A stretch of 64,000 nt of DNA, taken from the NCBI GenBank assembly GCA_017453065.1, contig JAFTKW010000006.1, positions 22,173 to 86,172 of the forward strand. Reading direction: 5' to 3'. The stretch comes from Lachnospiraceae bacterium (GTDB lineage: Bacteria; Bacillota; Clostridia; Lachnospirales; Lachnospiraceae). Shown piece after piece: positions 10,274-21,035 of the stretch. Under the pieces are notes generated by a model. It was not told the DNA's origin. It made no database searches and saw only the letters and a list, made by a program, of their open reading frames with translations. Position numbers and translations under genes: made by a program. Every line of letters begins with the position of its first letter. The stretch's first letter is position 1.

Positions 10274-10314
10274 TATTTTTTATCGCAAGAGGTTAACAAA
10301 ATATATCTTGTGTT

Positions 10315-11196
10315 TTATTTGCTGCCGCTTATCACAACCTTGCCATCTACGAACTCAAGCTTCACCTTGTTGTCTGGCAGGTTCATCTCCTTTAGGATGT
10401 CTCTTGGAATCTGTACACGTCCTGCTTTGTCTAAGATGACATATTCATCCTGTGTATCTTCCAATCTCCAGTCAATGTCAGATTCTTTCAGTCTCTGCGC
10501 ATAGCTCTCTTTTAAGATTCTTTCACTACTGATTTTACCATCTCTGATTGCAACTACACGTTTTACCTTTTTGGACAAAGCCACGTCGTGGGTTACGATC
10601 AAAATAGTCTGCCCCTGTCTGTTCAGTTCTGAGAACACATCAAATATGTAGTTCGCAGTCTTGGCATCTACACTACCTGTTGGCTCATCTGCCAAAAGCA
10701 GTTTTGGTGAGTTTGCCAGCGCAATGGCAATAGCGATACGCTGTTGTTCACCACCGGACAAGGTATTAAGTCTACTGTACTTTTTAGAACTCATGCCAAC
10801 CATTTCCAGTAGTTCTAATGCTTTTTGTTTTTTCTTCTTTTCGCTAGAAAGATGCATTGGAAGCATTACATTTTCTAGCGCTGATAAATACGGAAGTAGG
10901 TTTCGTCCATTGTTCTGCCACACGAAACCTACGGTTTCTCTCTTGTAGCGAACCAATTCTTTCTCTGTCATAGTAAAAAGATTGCTACCTGCCACAAAAA
11001 GACTTCCTGCACTTGGTCTATCCAATCCACCAATCATGTTCAGGAATGTGGACTTACCGCTACCACTGTTGCCAATGAGTGCAGTCAGCTCTCCTTCTTC
11101 CACCGTAAGGTCCAGGCCCTGCAGGGCCAGCACCTCAGTCTCTTTCGTCTTGTAAATTTTAACCAGGCCATCTGCCTGTACCATTATTTCTGACAT
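10315..11196 (-). CDS. ABC ATPase (LolD/MacB-type) with C-terminal AbrB/SpoVT-like domain
   Basis: Walker A GNSGSGKS, LSGGEQQR, LLADEPTG, H-loop; tail EYVILDKAGRVQIPRDILKEMNL..KVKLEFVDGKVVI resembles AbrB-like folds. Start taken at M18. Confidence 0.85.
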   Translation of the reverse strand: MSEIMVQADGLVKIYKTKETEVLALQGLDLTVEEGELTALIGNSGSGKSTFLNMIGGLDRPSAGSLFVAGSNLFTMTEKELVRYKRETVGFVWQNNGRNLLPYLSALENVMLPMHLSSEKKKKQKALELLEMVGMSSKKYSRLNTLSGGEQQRIAIAIALANSPKLLLADEPTGSVDAKTANYIFDVFSELNRQGQTILIVTHDVALSKKVKRVVAIRDGKISSERILKESYAQRLKESDIDWRLEDTQDEYVILDKAGRVQIPRDILKEMNLPDNKVKLEFVDGKVVISGSK

Positions 11197-11218
11197 ACTA
11201 GTTCCCCATTCTTCTGTG

Positions 11219-11914
11219 TCAGTCCTTCTGACACACCTGTTCCCCATTTTCCAGTTCGATTACCATATCACCAGCGTCCATAAGTCCCATATCATGGGTG
11301 GTCATAAGAATGGTAACCCCTTCTTTTTTGGTCATTTCCTGAAACAGCTTCACTACTTCGGCAGCTGTTGCGCTATCCAGTTCCGCCGTAGGCTCATCTG
11401 CAAACAATATACTAGGTCTGTGCGCAATTGCTCTTGCAATGGCTACACGCTGCTGCTCACCACCAGACATCTCCGCTGGCATGTGATGCATACGTTTGCC
11501 CAGCCCCACCATCTTAAGGCACTGTTCCACTCTCTCTTTGCGTCCATCTTTGATTCCAGCCAGGCGCAAGGAAAACTCTACATTTTGAAATGCATTCATG
11601 GTTGGAATCAGAGATACCGCCTGAAAAACAAAGCCCATTCTTGTTCTTCGAAGAATCTCTTTCTGCTTGTTGGACAGTTTCTTAGTGCTCTGTCCATCTA
11701 TCCAAATCTCTCCAGAGGTTGGTGTATCTAAGGTACCCACAATATTCATAAGTGTGGTTTTACCAGAACCAGAGCGCCCCTTAAGAATTGCTAGGCTACC
11801 TTTTGGCACAGACACATTGATATCCTTCAGTGCCTGAAACTCTCCGCCGGCAACTGGGAAAATTCTATTTACGCCTTTTACCTCTATGGCTAATTCTTTC
11901 TTTTCTTCTACCAT
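11219..11914 (-). CDS. ABC ATPase (LolD/MacB-type)
   Basis: GRSGSGKT, MSGGEQQR, LFADEPTA, TTHD. Confidence 0.92.
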   Translation of the reverse strand: MVEEKKELAIEVKGVNRIFPVAGGEFQALKDINVSVPKGSLAILKGRSGSGKTTLMNIVGTLDTPTSGEIWIDGQSTKKLSNKQKEILRRTRMGFVFQAVSLIPTMNAFQNVEFSLRLAGIKDGRKERVEQCLKMVGLGKRMHHMPAEMSGGEQQRVAIARAIAHRPSILFADEPTAELDSATAAEVVKLFQEMTKKEGVTILMTTHDMGLMDAGDMVIELENGEQVCQKD

Positions 11915-11994
11915 ATTCTATCTCCACTCTTACTCTCGCCTCATTCATCTGCCTCATTAACTTACTAAGCGCCGATTCGATCAGGCGAGGATTC

Positions 11995-14805
11995 CTATTC
12001 TTCTCCCAGTTTCAGTGCCTTGGCCACATTCATCTTCAGTACAAGTACCAACAGAATCAGCAGACAAAGTACCATTACAAGTCCAATTACAGCATATAGA
12101 CGAAGCAAGTCATCTGGGTTGGTAATCAACTTCATTGGCAAAATCTGATTGCTTGCTGCGTATGCTGTCTGAAGTACAGGCACAAACATATCCGATGTAA
12201 TCTTACCTACGCCAACGCCCACCAAAATAGAGAACAAGCCAGAAAAAATCTGCTCGTTAATTAGCATATGGAAGATTTCCTTTTTGTGCATACCACAAGC
12301 ACGCAATACACCGAACAACATTTCTCTGGAGCGAATAGACATCACCCAGTAAATCAGATAGCCCACTCCGCAGAGAATAATCGTCACGATAAAGCCCATT
12401 GTCAGCACGCCGTTGGTTCCCTGCAAAAGAGGGTCCAAAACCACATCTTTCAAATCCTTTTCTCGATCTACAAACTTCTGTATATGGATATCCTGTGCAA
12501 CCACCCATTCTTTGAACTGCTCAGAAGCTTCCGCGCTTTCTGTACTAATCCAGAGTTCATATGGAACGACACCCCATTTTTCTTCCAATGTTGCGTAGTT
12601 TGCAATAATAAGGAAATTACCTGAATCGTTTACCGTTCCATCTGGATTTAATGTAGTCTGAGATGGGGCATAGCCTGGCCAATAATCAAAGATACCCACG
12701 ATTCTTCCGCGGCATTCCGCCTCTTCACTGTTTGCAAAGTCAATAACATCTCCGACTTTGTAGCCAAACTGGTCCGCAAAATTAGAAGAAACCAGTACAC
12801 CCTGTGCATCTACCGCCAGGGCATTTAAGTATGCATAGTATGGTTGCTCCAAAAGAGCATCGTCAAGGTCTGTACTCAATCCAAATTCTTTGGTATGAAT
12901 GCCCATAATAGTGGCTTTCCAATCCACGCTTCCCTTCAGCTTGAAAAAGCCTTTTTCATCCATGATTACCTTGGTGTAAGACTTCATGCCAGGAGCACCA
13001 GCATATTTGCTAATATCTGGCTCAATATAGGAGGTATCCTGATTGTCTCCCATAGAAGGCATTGCTGCGTTTTTCTGCCACACTTCCTTCAATATAATAT
13101 CTGCACCATCCAAATAAGCCACATTTTCCTGTGCGTTGGACAAAATGGTGCGTGCCACTGTGGAATGGAACATTCCAAGAGACACTGTAAGAATCATAAA
13201 CAGCATGATAAACTGCTGTTTCTTTCCGTTTTTCAGGTTTTCCATAAAGGAAGCATAGCTTGCTGGCTTCCACCATCTCTTACCGATGAGGTAAAGAAGT
13301 TGTACCAATAGCGGTTGTAAACGCAGACCCAAAAGACCAAGTCCCACAATGAAAAGGGAGCTACTCAAATAGAGCAGTGGGTCCAATGGCTCTCCCATCA
13401 AAACCGCCTGAGCCAACGCTTCCTCATTCTTCTTAAAGCTATAATATCCGTACAAGGAAACACCAAGTGCAATGATATCCAAAAAGCAGGTCTCCCACCA
13501 CACTTTCTGTTTCAACGCCTTCTGCTGTTTCAATTTCACAATAGAAAGTCTGCTATGTTTCAGTGCCGGCAGGGTAGTAATAAGCAGTACCCCGAGCCCT
13601 GCTACCAGCGCATAGGTCCACACATCCTGTGTATAGCTAATCGTCAAGCTTCTCGTTACGCTAAACTCTAGGAAATTTCCTGTCGCGCCTAAAATGCGAC
13701 AAAAAACACTTCCCAGTGGAATACCCACCGCCGCGCCAAGCAAAGTCAACAACATACACTGGTAAAAATAGAGTCTGAAAATCTGTCCACCAGAAGCACC
13801 TCTACTCTTAATGACAGAAATCTCATTTCGCTCCATATCATACATCTGTGTAGAAATCATAAACAGAAACGCACACAAAAGCACCAGTACAGGAATCTGC
13901 AAAATAAACAATGTTGCACTGATTCTATCTTGCTTTGCCACAAACTCATCCAAAATCACCTTGTAGGTTGGCTCGCTCATGGTACTTCTATAAGGACTGT
14001 CCTGGGTGAGATACTCTGTATACTCTCGAATCTGAGAGACCTCCTCTGCCTTTATGTCTTCATATTCAAACATTGGGAAGTAGGTACAGGTCAGGGTATA
14101 TCCCCCTGCTCTCTCCCCTGTAAAATAAGTCTTAAACAAATCCTCTTGCATGAGGCAGACCCCATCTGTTTCATCTGGAGAAACCTGCCAATACAAGTCG
14201 CTCCTATCCGCCTCTTCAAATACTCCTACCACTTTGATGCGAATCGGCTTACCATCAATGCCCTTCAGGGCTGTGAATTCCACCTCTTCACCCAAAAGTA
14301 ATTTACTGCTAACCATAGTTGCCTGGCTAATAAGCACTTCAATGCAACCATCGTCTGTCAGACCGTCCTCTGAATACATCTCTCCAGAAGATATCTTTGC
14401 GTGAGCTGGCAAATCCGTCATCATGCCTAGTCTAAGCGAAATTTCTTTTATATCATCTCGATTCATAGTGGATTTCGCTTCCATTTTGCTCACAGCATAA
14501 TAAAGAATCGTCTCTTTTTCTGTGACACCAAGGTTCGTGTTGATTTCTGCCATCAGCTCTTCCATTCGTCTGATTGCACTTCCTGTAGCATCCTTTTTCG
14601 AGATGATCACCATCTTATTCATGGCAGGCCAGTCACTGTTTTCCGACTGGTAGTTTGTAAATTCATCCTGCAACATTCGATCAAAAGCTGCAGTTTTGTA
14701 CATAGGAAAACTTACTACTGTTGCGATAAGTAGCATACTACCCAGCAGCAAGGAAAAACCCATCCACTTTTTATGCCAAATCTTTTGCAGCATTATTCTA
14801 AACAT
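11995..14805 (-). CDS. FtsX/MacB-family ABC permease (duplicated, 936 aa)
   Basis: Two FtsX-type motifs, ERNEISVIKSRGAS and RSREMLFGVLRACGM, each after a large extracellular domain. Confidence 0.85.
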   Translation of the reverse strand: MFRIMLQKIWHKKWMGFSLLLGSMLLIATVVSFPMYKTAAFDRMLQDEFTNYQSENSDWPAMNKMVIISKKDATGSAIRRMEELMAEINTNLGVTEKETILYYAVSKMEAKSTMNRDDIKEISLRLGMMTDLPAHAKISSGEMYSEDGLTDDGCIEVLISQATMVSSKLLLGEEVEFTALKGIDGKPIRIKVVGVFEEADRSDLYWQVSPDETDGVCLMQEDLFKTYFTGERAGGYTLTCTYFPMFEYEDIKAEEVSQIREYTEYLTQDSPYRSTMSEPTYKVILDEFVAKQDRISATLFILQIPVLVLLCAFLFMISTQMYDMERNEISVIKSRGASGGQIFRLYFYQCMLLTLLGAAVGIPLGSVFCRILGATGNFLEFSVTRSLTISYTQDVWTYALVAGLGVLLITTLPALKHSRLSIVKLKQQKALKQKVWWETCFLDIIALGVSLYGYYSFKKNEEALAQAVLMGEPLDPLLYLSSSLFIVGLGLLGLRLQPLLVQLLYLIGKRWWKPASYASFMENLKNGKKQQFIMLFMILTVSLGMFHSTVARTILSNAQENVAYLDGADIILKEVWQKNAAMPSMGDNQDTSYIEPDISKYAGAPGMKSYTKVIMDEKGFFKLKGSVDWKATIMGIHTKEFGLSTDLDDALLEQPYYAYLNALAVDAQGVLVSSNFADQFGYKVGDVIDFANSEEAECRGRIVGIFDYWPGYAPSQTTLNPDGTVNDSGNFLIIANYATLEEKWGVVPYELWISTESAEASEQFKEWVVAQDIHIQKFVDREKDLKDVVLDPLLQGTNGVLTMGFIVTIILCGVGYLIYWVMSIRSREMLFGVLRACGMHKKEIFHMLINEQIFSGLFSILVGVGVGKITSDMFVPVLQTAYAASNQILPMKLITNPDDLLRLYAVIGLVMVLCLLILLVLVLKMNVAKALKLGEE

Positions 14806-16985
14806 ACGTCCATTCCTTCCGTCAATCCCTCAATTACCCAATAATATTCATCATTGAAACCACCAGCCACAAAACTGGTTGCATACACTTTTCCCTCTGA
14901 ATCCTTCACATTTACGTAGGTATTACCCTCTGCAATCCATACCGCTTTCTTTGGAACCAATACCACATTGTCCATTTCACGAATGGTTGCGGCAGCATTA
15001 AAGCGAGTTCTGCTCCACCAGTTGTTAGCCCCCACCTGTGTGGCAGCCAAATTCTGAGCATTCTCCTCCGGTATCAGCAAAAGAGAGTAGTCTGTAGCCA
15101 AAGCACTGCTTACACCCATCTTGGACAGATTGGCAACCACAGAGGTAGTGGACTTTGTCTGCCCTTCCAAATCCGTATATGTAATGGTCACATCGTCGCC
15201 ATAGTTGAGCAACTGGTTGGTATTTTCAACGATGACATAGCAGCTGCCCGCATCTGCAATTTCCACCAGTTCCTCATTGTAGAACAGAATGTCTTCTTTC
15301 TGATGATTACTTACCCAAATAGCAATACCGCTCTTTGTAGCTTTAATCTTTGTGGTCTTTGCATCCGATTTCATCTCTGCTATCTTCGTTTCTAGTTCAG
15401 CGATAGCTTCTTTTCTCTGTTCAATCAATTTGGCATTGCTTTCCTGATTGAGACTTTCCAAATCTGCCAAACGTTCCTTTAAGCGGAGTAATTTTTGTTC
15501 CTGTCTAGCCAATTCCACTTCATCCGCAGCAACTCTCACAGTAGCAATGACATCCCCTTTTTTCACTGTTTGATACTGTTTCACCAATATTTCTGTAAGG
15601 TAAGTTGTTCCATACTCCACTGGATTGACTTCCATTTCACTGGATGGATAGAAAATGTATCCATAGCCTGTATACTCGTTGCTTGACAGGCCCTTTTTAA
15701 GTGTCTGTGTTTTGGTTCCTGCCGAGCGTGCTTCAGAAACCATTACCCTTTCTCCCTTTGAGAGGCCGGATTTAATCTCTGTATATACACCGTCGTTAAT
15801 ACCAATTTCAACGGGTCTAACCTCTCTCTTGCCATCCTCGGAAAGCACATAAACAAAATTGCCGTACTCATCCTTGTGAATTGCATTTTTAGAAACGGAA
15901 AGCACATCTAACGCACGTTTTTCAATCAATACGATTACTCCAAAATCTCCCATTTGGACATCTTCTGGTGCATCCACAATTTCAAACGTGGAGTATACGG
16001 TTTCTCCTTGCGCAGTCAGTTCCGTATATTCCTGTGAATCTATTTCTTTGTGCTTTACCTCGTATCTAACTCCGTCGATCAAAGCATAAATATCAATCGC
16101 TTTGCTAAGCAGGCTTTTGGTAATATATTCGCACTTCAATATCTTGCGACTTTCATCCCCTACCGCTACCATTGCTTTTTCACTGGACAGGTAATTGCCG
16201 TCCATCAGCAAATTGATGGATACAACTTTGCCCTTTATACCACTGGAGATGATATGATCTTTTCTATCTGCCTTCAGTTCCTTCAAAAGACTCTTCTGAT
16301 AAGCCAAATCCAATTCATAAAGAGCTGTTGTCTGCTCTAATTTGCGTTTCTTGGCATTGATATCGTCATCCAAGATAAGGAATTTGCCCTCCCAGTGTTT
16401 GTACTGCGTCTGCCAATGATCATACTCCGCCTTCCACTGTTCATAGTTTGGATCTTGGGTTGGGTCATCCGCATATTCTGGCGCGCACACAAATGCCGCT
16501 GGTTCTACATTTTCGTATGTCTCCTTAGCATATTTATAGTTTCTATATTCTCCCATTTTGGAGTCTATGTATTCTTCAATACTTTGTTTGGTCTCCAGAT
16601 AGGATTCCTCCATGCTCTGGATATAATCTTCTTTTTCTTCAATCTTCTTTTCTAGATTACCTTTGTCCAACTGTGCCAAGGTTGTGTTTTTCTTTACTTC
16701 TTCCCCTGGCAGCTTGTCTATGGTTTCCACATCTCCGTTTACTGCAAAATGATACTCCACCGTATAAGGATAAACATTGGCAGAATATACCCTGCTCTCG
16801 TAAAGATTGCGGCATGCCGCTTCTTCGTAAGCAGCCACTGAACCAACTGGGTCCAGCAATTCAATCTGGTCTGAGCCAGCCATATTAATGGTCTCCTGTT
16901 GACCACAACCACAGAGCAAAAGGCACAAGGCCATCCATGTGCAGAGTGCTGTGGTAATATTAGTCTTCTGTCTATTCTTCATCAT
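14793..16985 (-). CDS. Lipoprotein periplasmic-adaptor (MFP/HlyD-like) protein with tandem duplicated adaptor domains
   Basis: Lipobox LLCGC; two lipoyl/coiled-coil/membrane-proximal sets ending EIKSGLSKGERV and VIEGLTEGMDV. Confidence 0.78.
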   Translation of the reverse strand: MMKNRQKTNITTALCTWMALCLLLCGCGQQETINMAGSDQIELLDPVGSVAAYEEAACRNLYESRVYSANVYPYTVEYHFAVNGDVETIDKLPGEEVKKNTTLAQLDKGNLEKKIEEKEDYIQSMEESYLETKQSIEEYIDSKMGEYRNYKYAKETYENVEPAAFVCAPEYADDPTQDPNYEQWKAEYDHWQTQYKHWEGKFLILDDDINAKKRKLEQTTALYELDLAYQKSLLKELKADRKDHIISSGIKGKVVSINLLMDGNYLSSEKAMVAVGDESRKILKCEYITKSLLSKAIDIYALIDGVRYEVKHKEIDSQEYTELTAQGETVYSTFEIVDAPEDVQMGDFGVIVLIEKRALDVLSVSKNAIHKDEYGNFVYVLSEDGKREVRPVEIGINDGVYTEIKSGLSKGERVMVSEARSAGTKTQTLKKGLSSNEYTGYGYIFYPSSEMEVNPVEYGTTYLTEILVKQYQTVKKGDVIATVRVAADEVELARQEQKLLRLKERLADLESLNQESNAKLIEQRKEAIAELETKIAEMKSDAKTTKIKATKSGIAIWVSNHQKEDILFYNEELVEIADAGSCYVIVENTNQLLNYGDDVTITYTDLEGQTKSTTSVVANLSKMGVSSALATDYSLLLIPEENAQNLAATQVGANNWWSRTRFNAAATIREMDNVVLVPKKAVWIAEGNTYVNVKDSEGKVYATSFVAGGFNDEYYWVIEGLTEGMDVCLE

Positions 16986-18079
16986 CTGATTACCACCTTC
17001 TCTCCCAACTCAAGACCACTGACAATTTCCGTTTCTGCATCGCCTTCCATGCCAGTCTCTATCCACTTCACCTGACGCATTCCATCTTCACTAACCACAT
17101 AGACAAAGGCTTTGTCATCTGCCCTATGAATTACCTTACTAGGAAGATACAACACATCTTCTCTTTCTTCAGTCACCAGAAGCATGGTTCCTGTGACACC
17201 CACTTCCATGATTACATCTATATCCTCCGGCAGCTGAAAAGTCTGGGTCTCTCCCCATTTATCCATCTGATGAGGATACAAGGAATAATCACCTTTTCCT
17301 GTACCGAAGGTGATACTCATAGGAACCGCTTCGCCTTCCGCAAAAAGGCCTTCATATTCTTCCAGTTCTGTCACGAACACGCACTCGGTTGGATCGATGA
17401 CAGTCATGATTTTTTCACCACGAACAGAGGTAGTCCCTTCCAGGCCTTCCTTTACCCATGTCACTGTCCCATCAAAATCAGCATATACATAGCTCTCTGA
17501 AATCTCTTCTTTCAGCTGCTGTAGCTGCAATTCGTCAATGGCGATTGCATCCTGTAAGTCTTCTTTTTGATAGCGATAATTCTGTTGTATATTTTTTACT
17601 AAGGGTTCCATGACAGACAAAGACGCATTCCCTTGATAAATGGCCTTCAGCCAAAGGGTAGAAATGTCATACGTCTCGTTGACTGTGGCATGTTCAAGTA
17701 ACAGTTTGTTACGTGCGATTTGGTACTCCAAGGCTTCCAGCTGGGCAGTCTTGTTTGCACCAGAAAGTTGGGCCAGTAGTTGTCCTTTTTCTACCTGGTC
17801 CCCTTCCTCAACATAAACATCTGATATTTGTTTGCCACTGAGAGAAAAGCTTACGGTTTGGTCCTTTACCTGCGTATAGGTACACTTCACCTTAAGCGTT
17901 TTTTGAATGGTTCCTTGTGCAACTACCGCCAGTTCGTAAGTGATAGGATCTGTCTGTTTTTCGATTACAGGTCCATCCACATTTTCCTCTACCTGACCGC
18001 AGCCTCCAAGGATAGATACGCCTAAAAAGCAAGCAGCCACAACACTACTTACTCTTCGGCAGATATTCATTTTTTTCAT
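16982..18079 (-). CDS. Lipoprotein periplasmic-adaptor (MFP/MacA-like) protein
   Basis: Lipobox LGGC; VYVEEGDQVEKGQLLAQL lipoyl motif; C-terminal EIVSGLELGEKVV. Confidence 0.85.
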   Translation of the reverse strand: MKKMNICRRVSSVVAACFLGVSILGGCGQVEENVDGPVIEKQTDPITYELAVVAQGTIQKTLKVKCTYTQVKDQTVSFSLSGKQISDVYVEEGDQVEKGQLLAQLSGANKTAQLEALEYQIARNKLLLEHATVNETYDISTLWLKAIYQGNASLSVMEPLVKNIQQNYRYQKEDLQDAIAIDELQLQQLKEEISESYVYADFDGTVTWVKEGLEGTTSVRGEKIMTVIDPTECVFVTELEEYEGLFAEGEAVPMSITFGTGKGDYSLYPHQMDKWGETQTFQLPEDIDVIMEVGVTGTMLLVTEEREDVLYLPSKVIHRADDKAFVYVVSEDGMRQVKWIETGMEGDAETEIVSGLELGEKVVIR

Positions 18080-18143
18080 AGTTGTAATCCCCGTTTTTTC
18101 TTTCCCCTGATCAGGGCCCGTTACCAGGCCCCGACCGCTAATC

Positions 18144-21020
18144 TTATGCTCTACTAGATGTCTTTGGTCCTAAATAGGACTGTTTCAATTTCATTTCTGC
18201 AGGATAGATACGTAATCTTTCCAGTACAAGTCCTGTCTCCAAAGGGCTCACTGTCAAAGTCTGTACTCCCGCCTCAAATTCCCATTCTGTGGTTGTCGTG
18301 CGCACCTGATCCAACACACCTTTGCACCATCTAAAATCTTTGGTATCTCCAGCCTTAAAATCAGCTGGCACCATGGAAAGTGTCTGGATTTGGCCCTTTG
18401 CATCTGAAAGCTGCAGACGCATTTGAGCACCAGACTGTGATGGATTTGTTGGTGCTGTAAGGCATTCCACCTTGTAAGTTGCACTGTGCTCTACAAGGAA
18501 TTGGTAGGTCAAAGAAGGTTTCTCCTCCGCTTCCCCAAAAGCGGCTGTAGATGGGGCAACCTTCATTGCCACTCCATAATTACCGTATCCATCTATTCGA
18601 TAAAAGCTTCCTTTGGCAGTATCCTGCTTGCTCACATACTGATCTGCGTCTATGACAACAACGCCATCATTTGGCAGGCTGGTTCCTGCTTCATACAAAC
18701 TCCTATCCCATTTTTGGGCTCTCACATTGAGTGCTACTACAGTGTCTAGAGCCTTGATCAACAATCTGGAAGTTCCTGTATCTGCCAAAAGCTTAGTCTC
18801 GTCAAAGCTAACTGTAACGGTTTCCTGTAAGGTTACAGTTCCTTCCGCCTCACTTACCTTCAGCCAAGCAGGCCAGATTCCATCTTCAGCCACAATCTGA
18901 TAAGTAAAATTCCCTTCGCCCGCATTTGCAATCTCAACCTTCACTTCCCTAGTTTCTGGATTTAAGAAATCCCAAAGTCTAAGTTCCATTGGAGGGCCAT
19001 AGGTCTTAGTAGCGATTGGCTCCTCATCTGCTCGGGACACTACCACTCTTGGTTTTGCCATTGGCCATAGTTTAGCAATCAATGGATATCTGGAATCATC
19101 CTCATTCCATCTGGTAAATCCTACATGAGCTGCCAATTGCATGCCATTCCATTTACCCTGTTTAAATCGTTTCCACTGTTCTATCAATCCACGATCCCTG
19201 AGAATGCACTGTTCTACCAACTCTCCATACTGGTTTGCTATGGTCTTGCTTTGTTTTGCATAGTGCTGGTTCTTTCCTGCATACAAATGCATCTTCCAAA
19301 GGTTTGCGCTGGCGATCACAGAATAGTGAATCATGCTATAATAAGCATCTTTTTCTCTTTCACAAAGGCTGTCATAGATATGGTTACTCAAATTCTCCAG
19401 TTGTCCAACCTTTGTCATTAATTCATCCCACTCACCATAGTGACAAGGAGAAATAATATGTTCATTCAAGGACTCCGGTCTACGGATATGGTTTAAATCA
19501 ATATATCCTGTCAACACCTTTTCGATCTGCTCACCTAAGCCATCCTTGCAGGCATCCTTAAATACATTTTGCGTCCATTGTTTGGTGTACTGCTTGGCGC
19601 TGTCTGGATTGCTGCTTCCCCACTTGTCAAAGTCATAGGCTAACGCCAAGAAATAACTCAGTGGAACCTCGTGGAATTTCAAATCTCCCACATTGACAAT
19701 CCAAACATCCTTTACACCATGTTCGTATGCAGTGCACATCTGCTCCCATGTCTTGGTCATAGGAGTGGAATCCACCCATTCATAGGACACTGGACCACCA
19801 TGGTAATCAAAATGGTAGTACATTCCGAAACCACCCTTGCGATCCCTGATCTCTTCTGTTGGCAAGGTTCTCATGTGACCGAAGTTGTCTTCACAGAACA
19901 TACAGGTCACACCGTCGAGTCCCTCCCAGTGCTTTAAGCCCGGTACCTGCTCGTCGCCATAAAAGTAGGCTTCTACCTCTTTGTACAGAGCAAGCAGCAT
20001 TGGCACTTCTCCGTCGCGCTTGACATGTTTGTCTATCAACCTACGCTGATTGGTAATAATCTCTTTCAAAAGTTCTACGTTGTCTGCCATAGTGGCATCT
20101 TCGCCCAACATAGAAGTATCGCGTTCTCCTCGCATGCCAATGGTAATCAAGTTTTCATACTTGCCGCTGCGAATCAAAGCATCTTCCCAGTAGTTTAAAA
20201 GTCCCTCTGTATTGGTTGCGTAGTTCCATTCATTGCCGTATTTGGTCCCTTCGCCACGCACCTTGTCCCATTCTTCGCTGGCTCTTAGGCAAGGCTCATG
20301 GTGAGAATACCCCATGACAACGCCATATAGATCCGCCAATTCTTCGTTGGCACTTCCCGGTCCATCCAAAGGAAAGGATGCACTCCACATAGCAGGCCAC
20401 AGATAGTTACCCTTCATACGGAGCAAAAATTCAAATACATGGTCGTAAGCCTTGGCGTTGAATCCGCCAAAGTGCTCACATACCCAATTGCCGAAACAAG
20501 GCCATTCATCATTGATGAAAAAGCCTCTATATTTCACGCTTGGTTCCTTGGAAGTAACGCAGATATCCTGTCTGATTTCTGCTTCCACCCACATAGCAGG
20601 TGCGGCATCTCCCCAATAAACCATCGGTGTAACACCCAGATATTCTGAAAGCGCAAACATTCCATAAATTGTTCCTCGTTTGTCACTCCCTGCAATCAAA
20701 AGCACCTTTCCAGAAGGTTCATTGCCTTCTATGGTGGCGCCCTCTACAAACTGGATATGGTAAACTTCTCTTTTGCCTTCCAAAGAACTTAAATCTATCA
20801 ATCCTTTTTGCGCCCATTGATTCAGCAATTCACTTCTGCCCACAGTAGCACACACAATCAAACCATTGCCGCTTACTGCCCTCAGTGAGTCAGACACCAC
20901 ATTTGGGCGTTTGCCGCAAACCAGTTCAATATCATCTGCCACCCTTTCGCCGATGCGCTTCACACCTTCAAAAGCAGATGGTTCAATGTATATCCCTATT
21001 CCACCAATTCCTAGTTTCAT
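18144..21020 (-). CDS. GH115 xylan alpha-1,2-glucuronidase (no signal peptide)
   Basis: GSDKRGTIYG, PSVKYRGFFINDE, LRMKGNYLWPAMW, SHHEP, GMRGERD, YYHFDYHGGP, WIVNVGDLK motifs. Confidence 0.92.
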   Translation of the reverse strand: MKLGIGGIGIYIEPSAFEGVKRIGERVADDIELVCGKRPNVVSDSLRAVSGNGLIVCATVGRSELLNQWAQKGLIDLSSLEGKREVYHIQFVEGATIEGNEPSGKVLLIAGSDKRGTIYGMFALSEYLGVTPMVYWGDAAPAMWVEAEIRQDICVTSKEPSVKYRGFFINDEWPCFGNWVCEHFGGFNAKAYDHVFEFLLRMKGNYLWPAMWSASFPLDGPGSANEELADLYGVVMGYSHHEPCLRASEEWDKVRGEGTKYGNEWNYATNTEGLLNYWEDALIRSGKYENLITIGMRGERDTSMLGEDATMADNVELLKEIITNQRRLIDKHVKRDGEVPMLLALYKEVEAYFYGDEQVPGLKHWEGLDGVTCMFCEDNFGHMRTLPTEEIRDRKGGFGMYYHFDYHGGPVSYEWVDSTPMTKTWEQMCTAYEHGVKDVWIVNVGDLKFHEVPLSYFLALAYDFDKWGSSNPDSAKQYTKQWTQNVFKDACKDGLGEQIEKVLTGYIDLNHIRRPESLNEHIISPCHYGEWDELMTKVGQLENLSNHIYDSLCEREKDAYYSMIHYSVIASANLWKMHLYAGKNQHYAKQSKTIANQYGELVEQCILRDRGLIEQWKRFKQGKWNGMQLAAHVGFTRWNEDDSRYPLIAKLWPMAKPRVVVSRADEEPIATKTYGPPMELRLWDFLNPETREVKVEIANAGEGNFTYQIVAEDGIWPAWLKVSEAEGTVTLQETVTVSFDETKLLADTGTSRLLIKALDTVVALNVRAQKWDRSLYEAGTSLPNDGVVVIDADQYVSKQDTAKGSFYRIDGYGNYGVAMKVAPSTAAFGEAEEKPSLTYQFLVEHSATYKVECLTAPTNPSQSGAQMRLQLSDAKGQIQTLSMVPADFKAGDTKDFRWCKGVLDQVRTTTTEWEFEAGVQTLTVSPLETGLVLERLRIYPAEMKLKQSYLGPKTSSRA

Positions 21021-21035
21021 ACCTTCTCCTCTACC

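Noticed and set aside
10191-10504. Small plus-strand ORFs after the AraC gene
   Set aside because: They overlap the terminator hairpin and the antisense strand of the ABC ATPase.
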